Of a stretch of 64,000 bases of DNA, positions 8,763 through 18,178 are shown piece by piece. Positions within the stretch are counted from its first letter, which is position 1, and each line of letters begins with the position of its first letter. A program made the translations under genes and the position numbers. The notes under the pieces were generated by a model that saw only the letters and a program-made list of their open reading frames with translations, was not told the DNA's origin and made no database searches. This DNA is from an uncultured Chloroflexia bacterium (lineage in GTDB: Bacteria; Chloroflexota; Limnocylindria; Limnocylindrales; CSP1-4), in assembly GCA_963713975.1 (NCBI GenBank), contig OY970218.1, forward strand, positions 416,001 through 480,000. The letters are read 5' to 3'.

Positions 8763-11705
8763 CTACCATCCCTCGCCCAGCGCCAGCTCGAGGGCCGTGA
8801 CCACCACGTCCGCGCTCTCCCGGGTCAGGCACAGCGGCGGCTTCACCTTCAGGACGTTGTTGCCGTCGCCCGTGGGCTGGATGACCACGCCAAGCTCCAG
8901 CATCCGCTCGCAGATCGCGAGTGCCTCCTCTGTGGCGGGCTCGAGCGTCCCGGGATCCCGGACGAGCTCCACACCCAGGTAGAGGCCTATGCCGTGCACG
9001 GCGCCAACGATCGGGTGTCGCGCCGCCACGGACTCGAGACCGGCCCTCAGGTGCGCCCCCACGACGCGGGCGTTGTCCTGGAGGCGCTCCCCATCGATCG
9101 TCTCAAGCACCGCGATCCCGGCCGCACACGTCACAGGCGACCCCCCGACGCTGGAGAAGAACGAGCCCTCGGTGGTGAAGGCGTCCGCGATCTCCCTGGT
9201 CGTGATCACGGCGCCAACGGCCATCCCATTCCCGGCCGCCTTGGCGATGCTGACGATGTCGGGGATCACGCCCTGCTGCTCGAACGCCCACCGGTGCTCG
9301 CCCAGGCGGCCGTAGCCCGTCTGCACCTCGTCCGCGATGGCCACGCCCCCGGCCGATCGCACAGCCGCATACGCCTGCACGAGGTAGCCGTCCGGCAGGA
9401 CCACGCCACCCGCGTTGCCGAACAGCGGTTCGGCGATGAACGCGGCCGGTCGGCGGCCCTCGGCGGCCAGGCGGGCGATCGTCGCCCGGACGTCATCCGC
9501 GTACCTGGTGCCGGCGTCCGCGCCGCGATGGGTGCCCCGATAGGTGTTGGGTGCATCCACCAGGTGTACCCATGCGGGCCGGGTTCCCGCGGCATGCGGG
9601 TTGTCGGCGTGCGAGGTGGTGATGGCGTCGGTCGCCCCCGTCCAGCCGTGGTAGGCACCGCGCACGGCGAGAACGTCGGTCGCACCGGTCGCCGTGCGGG
9701 CCAGGCGAAGCGCGAGCTCGTTCGCCTCGCTGCCGGTGTTGACCAGGAAGACGGTGTCGAGCGAGGCGGGGAACCGTGCCGCGAGCGCCTCGGCAAGCTC
9801 GACCATCGCGGCGTAGAGGAACCGGGAGTTGGTGTTGAGCCGGGCGAGCTGGCGGCGGACGGCCGCCTCGACGGCCGGGTGGCTGTGCCCCAGGACGGCG
9901 ATGTTGTTGACGACGTCGACGTATGCGCGGCCCCGGCTGTCCACCAGGTGGTGGCGCCATCCGCGCTCGATGCGGGGCGGGTCCCCGAAGTACTGCACCT
10001 GGACGCCCGCAAGGACGCGCTCGCGACGGGCGAGGAGGTCGGCGGCGTCGTCCGGCGGAGCGACGGCCAGGCCCGGCGGGAGGCCCAGCAGCACCGATGG
10101 ATCCGGGCACAGCGCCAGCCAGGCGCCCGCGAGGGACGCGACCGCGACGCGGGGAGCTTCGAGACCTGGCGCCGCGATGCGCTGGACGTGGACGTGAGGC
10201 GGGAGGCCGTCCGGTCCGTCGGTCGCCACGACGCCGAGAGCATTCCCACAGGAGACCTCGACGCCGTCCTCCGGCGCCGGATCGAGCCCGTCGAGACGGA
10301 GGTCGAAGGCCCCGGCCGCGATGACGACACCGGCTGGCGTTCGTCGCACGGTGCCGCCGATCGGGGCGGCAACGGGGGTCCCGGCCGCGGCGAAGACGTC
10401 GACCCCGAGGTGGATCGTGGCCGGCTCGTCGACGGCGTCGAGGACCGTGTCCACCAGCCGCGCCTCGCCCCAGCGTCCGACCGGCGTCCCGTCCACGGCG
10501 CTCACGATCGCGGCTGCGGCGCCCGGGTCACCCGTCGCGCTGCCCGGCAGGGCGTCGGCCGTGGTCGACAGATCGATGGCCACGGGCTCGCCCGTCCATG
10601 CGAGCAGTGGCGCCGTGGATAGCCTCGTCGACGGGCGCTCGCCCGAACCCATGCCCGCTGCTTCCCGCAGCACCTCGGTGGCGAGATCGAACGGCACGGC
10701 GGCGACCGCCTCGAGTGCCGCCCATTCCTCCTCCCGCGTCTCGTGGACGTACACGTTGTCCCGCTCCAGCGCCGCCTGCTGGTCCCCGCTCACCGCCACG
10801 GCTGCCGACCTGGCGACCACCATCGGCCAGATGGCGGCCAGCTCGACGCCCGTCAGGGGCAGCAGGGGCAGGAAGCCCCGCGCCACGTCGCGCGCCAGCT
10901 GGAGCGGACGCTCGAGGGCATGGGCGGCATCGGCTGCGATCGTCACCGCCAGCTCCGCGGCCAGCCAGGTGCGTGAGAGGTCGCCGAAGTCGATCAGGCC
11001 AACGGGCATCGGCCGGCCGGCCCCGTCGCGGCGGGTCACGGTGTTGAGGTCGGTCACGTCCTGGTGGACCACGCCCGTGCGCAGGTCGGGCCCCAGCCTC
11101 GCCAGCACTGCGCCTGCCTCGTCCATCGACGCCTCCGCGAGCCGGCGGCGAGCTTGGGTGGACGCGTAGGGCAGCAGCGCCTCAACGACGGAGGCCGCAT
11201 GACGCAGGTCCCACTGGAGGTGGCGGTCAAGCCCCGGGTGATCCCACCCGTCGAGCGCCAGGGCGATCCGCGCCGACATCTCCCCGTGGGCCCGGAGCAC
11301 GACCGGTGCGAGGTACCCGGCCCGGTCCATGGGCTCACCGTCGATCCAGGACACGAGCCGGAGGTCATGGGGCTCGCCCGCCGTGGTCTGCGCCCGGGCG
11401 ATCAGCGACCCGTCAACCGCCGGCTGCGGCACCGGCACCTCGAACGGCAGCCCGGCGGACGCCGCCCGGAGCATCGCCGCGTTCTCCGCCTCCAGCTCCC
11501 GGCGGCCAAGGCCCTGGCGTGCCACCTTGAACACGAAGCGGCCGTCCGCCGCGTCCACCAGGTAGTTGCGGTCCTGGTGGCTGCCGAGTTCGCGCCTCAG
11601 GCCATCGCGCCCGAAGTGGCGACGGAGGAGGCGCGCCGCTTCGGCGGCATCGGTGTCCGGCCGGCGGTGCTCGTGGCCGTCGAAGGGGTTGAGGCGTTCC
11701 GTCAT
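8763..11705 (-). CDS. Fusion of APH-like phosphotransferase, M23-like domain and class III aminotransferase (hydroxylysine kinase / phosphohydroxylysine phospho-lyase type)
   Basis: LGSHQDRN, HQDVTDLN and IDFGD (kinase); HLGVD and HVH (M23); NTGSEANELA, IADEVQTGYGR and SIAKAAGNG (PLP class III). Confidence 0.88.
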   Translation of the reverse strand: MTERLNPFDGHEHRRPDTDAAEAARLLRRHFGRDGLRRELGSHQDRNYLVDAADGRFVFKVARQGLGRRELEAENAAMLRAASAGLPFEVPVPQPAVDGSLIARAQTTAGEPHDLRLVSWIDGEPMDRAGYLAPVVLRAHGEMSARIALALDGWDHPGLDRHLQWDLRHAASVVEALLPYASTQARRRLAEASMDEAGAVLARLGPDLRTGVVHQDVTDLNTVTRRDGAGRPMPVGLIDFGDLSRTWLAAELAVTIAADAAHALERPLQLARDVARGFLPLLPLTGVELAAIWPMVVARSAAVAVSGDQQAALERDNVYVHETREEEWAALEAVAAVPFDLATEVLREAAGMGSGERPSTRLSTAPLLAWTGEPVAIDLSTTADALPGSATGDPGAAAAIVSAVDGTPVGRWGEARLVDTVLDAVDEPATIHLGVDVFAAAGTPVAAPIGGTVRRTPAGVVIAAGAFDLRLDGLDPAPEDGVEVSCGNALGVVATDGPDGLPPHVHVQRIAAPGLEAPRVAVASLAGAWLALCPDPSVLLGLPPGLAVAPPDDAADLLARRERVLAGVQVQYFGDPPRIERGWRHHLVDSRGRAYVDVVNNIAVLGHSHPAVEAAVRRQLARLNTNSRFLYAAMVELAEALAARFPASLDTVFLVNTGSEANELALRLARTATGATDVLAVRGAYHGWTGATDAITTSHADNPHAAGTRPAWVHLVDAPNTYRGTHRGADAGTRYADDVRATIARLAAEGRRPAAFIAEPLFGNAGGVVLPDGYLVQAYAAVRSAGGVAIADEVQTGYGRLGEHRWAFEQQGVIPDIVSIAKAAGNGMAVGAVITTREIADAFTTEGSFFSSVGGSPVTCAAGIAVLETIDGERLQDNARVVGAHLRAGLESVAARHPIVGAVHGIGLYLGVELVRDPGTLEPATEEALAICERMLELGVVIQPTGDGNNVLKVKPPLCLTRESADVVVTALELALGEGW

Positions 11706-11781
11706 GGCGCCATCGTGGCAGAGCCGCGGGCCGCGGGTTCGGCTTACCGGCCCGGTGCTCCCTCGTGTACCGTCCCGTCTC

Positions 11782-12222
11782 GTGAGCAACAAGCGGACGC
11801 GACCGGGCGCCAGTGAGCCCACCGGTGCTGGGACCTCGATGGGTGTCCGCCTGCGCTCGGGCACGGGGATGCTGATCGTTGGCGGGACGCTGGCTGCCGT
11901 CGGGGTTCTGCTGCCCTGGTTCGACATGCCTGGAGGCGTGACCACGGCCGGCGTCGAGTCGATGGCCGGAGTTGGCGCGCTCGTGCTCGGACTGGTCGCC
12001 GCCGCCATCGGCGCCTTCCTGCTGCGCCGGCCAGGTCACCCCGCCACCCGCGTGATGGCCTGGGTGGCGCTGATCGCGTCGCTCGGGATCCTGGGTCTCG
12101 CCCTGCTCGCCGTCTCGATCGCCGGCCCCGACGGTGGCACCGGTGCCACGGGGCTGCTGCTCTCGGTCATGGGAGGAGTGGTCGCCACGATGGGCTGCCG
12201 CGGGCTGCTCACGCGCTACTGA
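11782..12222 (+). CDS. Small 4-TM membrane protein
   Basis: Four hydrophobic stretches including LLPWF. GTG lies 8 nt after TACCGT; alternative ATG at 11839. Confidence 0.65.
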   Translation: MSNKRTRPGASEPTGAGTSMGVRLRSGTGMLIVGGTLAAVGVLLPWFDMPGGVTTAGVESMAGVGALVLGLVAAAIGAFLLRRPGHPATRVMAWVALIASLGILGLALLAVSIAGPDGGTGATGLLLSVMGGVVATMGCRGLLTRY

Positions 12223-12273
12223 GTGGCCGGCCGCTCGGGCGATCGGCGCCAGGGCCGGCAAGGGCTCGTGATC

Positions 12274-12299
12274 CAGCCTGCATGCATCTCATGCATACT
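12274..12299. promoter_or_regulatory. Palindromic operator CAGCCTGCATG-N5-CATGCATACT upstream of the GcvT-like gene
   Basis: TGCAT-N7-ATGCA dyad whose first 10 nt are identical to the 8701 site; it overlaps a CATACT -10-like hexamer. Confidence 0.6.
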
Positions 12300-12327
12300 C
12301 ACCGGGGTCACCAGCAGGAGGAGCCTC

Positions 12328-13518
12328 GTGAGCGTCGGCACCGCGTTCCATCCCCGCACTGCCCCCCTCAACAGGAAGATGCAGTGGCGGGAGTGGGCGG
12401 GCTTTTTCGCGTCCTCCGTGTACGCCGACTTCCACGACATCGAGTACAACGCGATCCGTGAAGCCGCCGCAGTCATCGACGTCAGCCCGCTGTACAAGTA
12501 CCGCGTCAGCGGGCCGGACGCGCTCCGCCTGGCCGACCGCGTCATCACGCGGGACGCCACGAAGCTGAAGGTGGGCCAGGTCTTCTACACGCCGTGGTGT
12601 GACGAGCACGGCAAGGTGATCGACGACGGGACCGTCCACCGCACGGGCGAGCAGGAGCTCCGCTGGACCGCCGCCGACCCCCAGTTCCGCTGGCTGACCC
12701 TGAACGCCGCGGGTCTCGACGTCGAGATCGAGGACGTCAGCGAGTCGGTCGGCGCGCTGGCCCTCCAGGGACCGTTCAGCCGGGCCGTGCTGGAGGCGGC
12801 GACGGGCGAGGACTTCGCGGACCTGCGCTACTTCCGGCGGCGTGCGAGCCGGATCGGCAAGGTCGCCATCGACGTCAGCCGCACGGGCTACACGGGTGAT
12901 CTGGGCTACGAGCTGTGGGTGCCTGCCGAGGCCGCGCCCGAGGTCTGGGACGCGCTGTTCGCGGCCGGCAAGGCCTACGCCATCCGCCCGGCGGGGATGC
13001 TGGCGCTGGACGTGGTCCGCCTCGAGGCCGGGCTGATCATGCTGGACGTGGACTACACGTCGGCCCGCCACGCCATGAACCCCGAGCAGAGCTACAGCCC
13101 ATACGAGATCGGGCTGGGCAACCTCGTCTCGTTCGACAAGGGCGACTACGTCGGCCGACGCGCCCTCCAGGCCGAGGTTGCAGCGGGCGGACCGCCGCGT
13201 CGCCTGGTCGGCCTCCAGATGGACTGGTACGACATCGAGGGCCTGTTCGACGCCCAGGGCCTGCCGCCCGGGTTGTCGCCCTATGTGGACCGCTCGCCGG
13301 TTCCCGTGTTCGCCGACGGACGCCAGGTCGGCAGGGCCACCTCGCTCGGCTGGAGCCCGATCCTCAAGCAGGCGCTCGCGCTCGCATTCGTGCCGGCTCG
13401 TCACGAGCGAGTGGGTTCCCGGCTCCAGGTCGAGTGGACCGTGGAGGGTCGCCGAGGGCGCGTGGCGGCCACGGTCGTGGAGCTGCCGTTCCTGGATCTC
13501 GACCGCAAGCGGACCTGA
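12328..13518 (+). CDS. Aminomethyltransferase (GcvT/DmdA-like folate-binding) family protein
   Basis: IDVSPLYK, GKVIDDG, LALQGP, SRTGYTGDLGYELW, RLEAG. AGGAGG SD precedes the GTG. No gcvH or gcvP nearby. Confidence 0.9.
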   Translation: MSVGTAFHPRTAPLNRKMQWREWAGFFASSVYADFHDIEYNAIREAAAVIDVSPLYKYRVSGPDALRLADRVITRDATKLKVGQVFYTPWCDEHGKVIDDGTVHRTGEQELRWTAADPQFRWLTLNAAGLDVEIEDVSESVGALALQGPFSRAVLEAATGEDFADLRYFRRRASRIGKVAIDVSRTGYTGDLGYELWVPAEAAPEVWDALFAAGKAYAIRPAGMLALDVVRLEAGLIMLDVDYTSARHAMNPEQSYSPYEIGLGNLVSFDKGDYVGRRALQAEVAAGGPPRRLVGLQMDWYDIEGLFDAQGLPPGLSPYVDRSPVPVFADGRQVGRATSLGWSPILKQALALAFVPARHERVGSRLQVEWTVEGRRGRVAATVVELPFLDLDRKRT

Positions 13519-13593
13519 TCCGCGAGGTCGCCGCGGGAGGCCTCAGCGCCCGCCCTGCCCGGGTGACGTGGGTGCTGCCGGGGAGGCCTGCGC

Positions 13594-14298
13594 TCAGCCT
13601 CCCTGGATGGTTGCACCGGAGGTGGTCTCCACGGACACGGATGCAGGCTTCCTGATGAGCACCACGGACGAGCCACCGCTTGCGGTCCCGCTCAGCGCGC
13701 CGGTGACGGTGAGCTCGGCGGTCGACCCGTCGTTCATGCTGATGGTCGCGTTGCCGGCCGTCAGCTCGCCCAGCAGGGCCTTGCCGCCGGCCGCGGTCGT
13801 CAGCGTCAGGTCGGGCGTGGTGCCGATCGCGGTGATGGAAGCACCACCCGACGCATCGAGGTTGAGCGGCCCGCCGGTGTGCTCGACATAGCCCTGGGCC
13901 CCGCTCGAGAGGGCGACCGACGTGAGTTCGGGGACGCGCAGCGAGAGCGACATCGGCTCCGTGGTGGTCACGCCGGGTGACGGGATCGTCACGATGAGCT
14001 GCCCATCCACGACCTCGGTCTTGATCAGGGGCAGCAGGTTCGGCTGGGCCTGCACCGTGACGCTGGACTTGTCCCCGACGCCGACGACCACCTTCATCCC
14101 CACACCGACGCTGACGCGGCTGAACGCGGTCAGGTCCCGCACCTCGGTCTGGACGTCGCCCTCACCCGCGGCCGGGCTCACCTCGGAGGCCACGGGGTTG
14201 AGCGGGCCGCAACCGGCGATGACCGGTGCGAGACCGAGCGTCGCGACGACGGTGAGGCAGAGGAGGAGGGAGGCGCGGCGTGGCGCGCGAGCGGGCAT
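13594..14298 (-). CDS. Lipoprotein with DUF2807 (GIN / beta-helix adhesin-head-like) domain
   Basis: Lipobox-like VIAGC; EVRDLTAFSRVSV, QPNLLPLIKTEVVDGQLIV and repeated S/G-rich beta rungs. Confidence 0.78.
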   Translation of the reverse strand: MPARAPRRASLLLCLTVVATLGLAPVIAGCGPLNPVASEVSPAAGEGDVQTEVRDLTAFSRVSVGVGMKVVVGVGDKSSVTVQAQPNLLPLIKTEVVDGQLIVTIPSPGVTTTEPMSLSLRVPELTSVALSSGAQGYVEHTGGPLNLDASGGASITAIGTTPDLTLTTAAGGKALLGELTAGNATISMNDGSTAELTVTGALSGTASGGSSVVLIRKPASVSVETTSGATIQGG

Positions 14299-14421
14299 AT
14301 CGGGACTCCGTGCAATGAGCGCACCGGGAGGATGCCTCCGGGAGGGGCCGGCACCGGAGAGCCGGAGGGGCCAACTCCACGGGCCGCTGGTCCCCGTGGT
14401 GGGGGCCGGTCGGGCCGGTCG

Positions 14422-15552
14422 TCAGGACTCTCTGCCCAGGACGCGGTCGGCGAAGGCCTCCAAGCCCGCGAGCGCGACGGGGAGATCCACCCTGCCGAAG
14501 CCCAGGCGGAAGTGGTTGCCGGCGTGGCCGAAGATCGAGCCGGGGGCGATCAGCACGCCCTCCGCCTCCACCAGGTCCTGGGCGAACCGGTCAACCGGCA
14601 CCGGGCCCCGAAGCTCCGGGAACCCGACCGGGGCACCGCGCGGCCGCACCCACGCGAACTGGTCCGGCCGCCGGAGGAAGAAGTCGTCGAGCAGCGCCAG
14701 GTTCGCGTCCACGATCGAGCGGGAGCGGGCAAGCACGCGGTCCCGGGCGCGCAGGGCGATCAGCGACAGGATCTCGGCCGGCGCAGAGGCACAGATCGTC
14801 GTGTAGTCCTTGAACCGGGCAGCCCGATCCAGCAGCCGTGCGTCGCGCGTCGCCAGCCAGCCGATCCGCAGGCCGGCCAGCGCGAACGATTTGGACATCA
14901 CGCCGACGCTCACGCCGTGCGGCCCCACGTCGGCGCCGGCGGGGAGCCGGTCAGTGCCGTCGTGCTCGAGGAAGCGGTACACCTCGTCGGACAGGAGCGT
15001 GGCGCCCGCATCGGCGGCGATGTCCACAATCTCGAGGTAGGTCGTGGCGTCCGGAACGTGGCCCGTGGGATTGTGGGGAACGTTCACGACGATCAGCCTG
15101 GTGCGTGGCGTGACCTGGGAGCGAAGGAGATCGAGGTCGATGGCCCAGCCGTTTTCGGCGCGGAGCTCGTGGAGTGTCACGTCGGCACCGGTCGCGCGTG
15201 CGACCTCGTGCAGGGACTGGTACGCCGGCCAGGTCACGATCGCGTGGTCTCCCGGGCCGAGGAGGACGTTGGCCGTCACGAAGATGGCCTCCTCCGCCCC
15301 ACTGAAGACCAGCACGTCGTCCGGGGTGATCGATTCGTAGAGCCCGGCGATCTCGCGCCGCAGGAGCGGGTGTCCGGGAGCCTCCGTGTAGCCGAGGCGC
15401 AGGCCGCGCCACAGGTCGGACGTATCGGCATCGGCCAGGGCGAGCAGGTCGGCCATCGGCCAGCCCTCGACGTCCGAGGCGCACAGGAGGTGGCGCACCG
15501 AGAACTCGTAGCGTGCGAAGAACCGCTCGAGCTCGAAGTCCTCGATCCGCAT
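14422..15552 (-). CDS. Class I/II PLP-dependent aminotransferase-fold enzyme
   Basis: NVPHNPTG, SDEVYR and MSKSFALAGLRIGW (PLP lysine). Confidence 0.92.
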   Translation of the reverse strand: MRIEDFELERFFARYEFSVRHLLCASDVEGWPMADLLALADADTSDLWRGLRLGYTEAPGHPLLRREIAGLYESITPDDVLVFSGAEEAIFVTANVLLGPGDHAIVTWPAYQSLHEVARATGADVTLHELRAENGWAIDLDLLRSQVTPRTRLIVVNVPHNPTGHVPDATTYLEIVDIAADAGATLLSDEVYRFLEHDGTDRLPAGADVGPHGVSVGVMSKSFALAGLRIGWLATRDARLLDRAARFKDYTTICASAPAEILSLIALRARDRVLARSRSIVDANLALLDDFFLRRPDQFAWVRPRGAPVGFPELRGPVPVDRFAQDLVEAEGVLIAPGSIFGHAGNHFRLGFGRVDLPVALAGLEAFADRVLGRES

Positions 15553-15563
15553 GGCGGGTGGGA

Positions 15564-16265
15564 CTACCCGGGAACTACCGCGAGGGCCTGCGCGAACGCA
15601 CGCGTGGTCGCCTCGTCGAGCCCGTGGGTCACGAACAGCCAGCTCGGGTTCTCGCCGCGGGCGGCGACGATCGCGTACCCACCGTCGTCGAGGGTCGAGA
15701 TCGTCCCGTCGAGGGGACCCAGGGCCGCCTCCCCGATCTCCGTCCCGGACGGCACGCAGCCGGTTTCGTCGGCGCAGAACGCGCCCTCGGTCAGGGCAAT
15801 CGTGGCGCCGGCCGGACCCTTGTAGCCGATGAGCAGCTTGCCGCCGTTGGCCTGCCGATAGGTGCCCTGGGACACGAACCAGCCCTTCGGCAGGACGCCG
15901 CACAGGACCGGCCAGTCCGTGACGCGCGCGAAGCCCGCGAAGAACTCCTGGTTGCCGGCGTTGCCGCTGCACTCGCCATCGGCGGCCTGGGTCGCAGCGG
16001 CAGACGGCGTCGCGCCCGGGGCCTCCGACTCCACCACGGGCTCGGTCTCCGCCGGGAGCTCCGTCTCGCCGGGCGTGGCGGATTCGACGGGTGGCTCCGA
16101 CTCGGTGGGGGCGCCGGTCGGCTCAGCGGTGGCGCCGGGAGGCTCGGAGGCCCGCGGTGATTCGGTCACGGGTGCCGTGGTGGCCGCGCTCGACGGCGTG
16201 CCGGTGCCGCAGGCGGCGAGGAGCCCGGCGATCACCACGAGGAGCGTGACACGGAGGCGGAGCAC
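15564..16265 (-). CDS. Hypothetical lipoprotein with a P/T/E-rich linker
   Basis: Lipobox LLAAC, low-complexity linker, then a Cys-containing globular C-terminal domain. GTG lies 6 nt after TACCCT. Confidence 0.75.
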   Translation of the reverse strand: MLRLRVTLLVVIAGLLAACGTGTPSSAATTAPVTESPRASEPPGATAEPTGAPTESEPPVESATPGETELPAETEPVVESEAPGATPSAAATQAADGECSGNAGNQEFFAGFARVTDWPVLCGVLPKGWFVSQGTYRQANGGKLLIGYKGPAGATIALTEGAFCADETGCVPSGTEIGEAALGPLDGTISTLDDGGYAIVAARGENPSWLFVTHGLDEATTRAFAQALAVVPG

Positions 16266-16328
16266 GGCCACAGGGTACCGGCCGCGCGCCGGCACCGCTC
16301 CGCACGGACCGGTCACGGCCCGGGCGGG

Positions 16329-17096
16329 TCAGTCACCGCTCACCCCGGCAGCCAGGCGCACGAGGGCCGGCTCCACCCCGAAGACCTCCCGGATGACCTC
16401 GTCGGTGAGGACCTCGGCCGGCGGACCGTCCGCGAGGATGCGGCCGTGCGCGATGATCACGAGCCTCGGGAAGAAGTGGGCGGCCAGGCCGAGGTCGTGG
16501 AGTACGGCGACCAGCGTGGTGCCGTCGCGCTCATTGAGATCGCGCAGGAGCTCCATGGCCTCCACCTGGTGACGCAGGTCGAGGTGCACGGTCGGTTCGT
16601 CCAGGAGCAGGATCGGCGCCTCCTGGGCCACGGCGAGCGCCAGGAGCACCAGCTGGCGCTCCCCGAGCGACAGCTCCCGGGCGTCGCGGCCCATCAGGTG
16701 GCCCAGGCCGACGCGCTCGATCGCGGCCGCCACGGCCGCGCGATCCCCCGGCGTGGCGCCACGAAGCGTCGCCTCGTGTGGGAGGCGACCGAGACCGACG
16801 ACCTCCTCCACGCGCATGGCGAACGGGAACGCGGTCTGCTGGGGCACCACGGCGAGGCGCCGGGCGATCTCGGAGCGCTCGAGGGTCCCCAGCGGCACGC
16901 CGTCCAGTTGGACCCGGCCGACGGACGGCTTGAGGGTGCCTGCGAGCACCCGCAGCAGCGTGGACTTGCCCGCCCCGTTGGGACCGATGAGCGCGACCCG
17001 CTCGCCGTGCTCCAGGGTCAGGGTGACATCGCCCAGGATGGCGCGGCCGCGGACCTCGACCGTCACGCCGTCCATCGCCAGCGCGGGCGAGGTCAC
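16329..17096 (-). CDS. btuD: Cobalamin/Fe-siderophore ABC transporter ATP-binding protein (BtuD-like)
   Basis: GPNGAGKS, LSLGERQ, LLLDEP and VLHD motifs; last gene of the riboswitch-led operon. Confidence 0.85.
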   Translation of the reverse strand: MTSPALAMDGVTVEVRGRAILGDVTLTLEHGERVALIGPNGAGKSTLLRVLAGTLKPSVGRVQLDGVPLGTLERSEIARRLAVVPQQTAFPFAMRVEEVVGLGRLPHEATLRGATPGDRAAVAAAIERVGLGHLMGRDARELSLGERQLVLLALAVAQEAPILLLDEPTVHLDLRHQVEAMELLRDLNERDGTTLVAVLHDLGLAAHFFPRLVIIAHGRILADGPPAEVLTDEVIREVFGVEPALVRLAAGVSGD

Positions 17097-18175
17097 AGCT
17101 CGTACCCCGTGCGGGCGCGCCGCAGCAGCACCAGGAAGAACGGGGCGCCGATGACGGCCGTGACCACGCCGACCGGCACGCCGCCGAGCATCCGGGCGAC
17201 CACGTCGGCCGCGGCCAGGAGGCTCGCCCCGAACAGCGCGGAGATCGGGAGCACGAGACGCGCGTTGGGCCCCACGATCAGCCGCACCAGGTGGGGGATC
17301 ACCAGGCCGACGAACCCGATCAGGCCCGCGACGGCGACGCCCGCCGCCGTCACGAGCGATGCCAGGGCCAGCAGGATGACCCGCTCCCGGCGCACGTCGA
17401 TGCCAAGGTGGGCGGCAGCCTCCTCACCCAGCAGGAAGCCGTTGAGGACCCGCGCCCGGTAGAGGATGGCCAGCGTGCCCCCGATGATCAGGGGCGCCGC
17501 CACCGCGAAGCGGAGCCACGACGAGCCGTCGAAGCCGCCCAGCAGGTAGCTGAAGATCTGGCGCAGCCCCGTTCCGGACAGGTACATCGCCATCGCGAGT
17601 CCCGCGGCCAGGAGGGAGCCCACGGCGTACCCGGTCAGCAGCAGCGAGGTCATGGGCGACAGCGCGCTCGTCCGGGCGAGCTTGTAGACCACGGTCACGG
17701 AGATGAGCGCACCCGCGAAGGCCAGCCCGTGGAGGAGGCCGAACTCCAGGAACACGCCGCGCACCGGCAGGATGACCGCGATGGCGGCTCCCAGCGCGGC
17801 TCCGGAGGCCGTGCCCAGCACGTACGGGTCGGCGAGGGGGTTTCGCAGCAGGCCCTGGAACGTGGCGCCGGCGACGGCCAGGCCCGTGCCGACCACCATC
17901 GCGGTGAGCACGCGCGGCAGCCGCAGGTCCACCACGATCGCCTCGGCGGTGGCGGCCCAGTCGAGCCCCAGGTCCAGGCCAAGGAACCGCCTGACCAGAA
18001 TGGCGATCGTCGTCGTGGGCGCCAGGTCCGCCGACCCGAGCACGATCCCGCCGATGAGCACCACGAACATGGAGACAACCCCCGCCACCGCCAGCCAGCC
18101 CGCGCGTCCGAGGCGCGTGGGAACCAGCAGCGCCGTGCGGCGCCGGGCTTCAGCGGAAGCGGGGGTGGTCGACAT
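17093..18175 (-). CDS. btuC: FecCD-family permease (BtuC-like)
   Basis: LRLPRVL, RNPLADPYVLG, GEEAAAHLGID, IGFVGLVIPHLVR. Confidence 0.88.
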   Translation of the reverse strand: MSTTPASAEARRRTALLVPTRLGRAGWLAVAGVVSMFVVLIGGIVLGSADLAPTTTIAILVRRFLGLDLGLDWAATAEAIVVDLRLPRVLTAMVVGTGLAVAGATFQGLLRNPLADPYVLGTASGAALGAAIAVILPVRGVFLEFGLLHGLAFAGALISVTVVYKLARTSALSPMTSLLLTGYAVGSLLAAGLAMAMYLSGTGLRQIFSYLLGGFDGSSWLRFAVAAPLIIGGTLAILYRARVLNGFLLGEEAAAHLGIDVRRERVILLALASLVTAAGVAVAGLIGFVGLVIPHLVRLIVGPNARLVLPISALFGASLLAAADVVARMLGGVPVGVVTAVIGAPFFLVLLRRARTGYEL

Positions 18176-18178
18176 CGA

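Noticed and set aside
7081-10622. Long alternative-frame ORFs (e.g. 7081..8718 +, 8649..10622 +) and similar ORFs throughout the track
   Set aside because: They overlap well-supported genes on the opposite strand and lack motifs; they are GC-driven shadow ORFs.
12328-13518. Calling this gene gcvT of the glycine cleavage system
   Set aside because: No gcvH or gcvP is adjacent and the N-terminus differs from canonical GcvT, so it is kept at family level.
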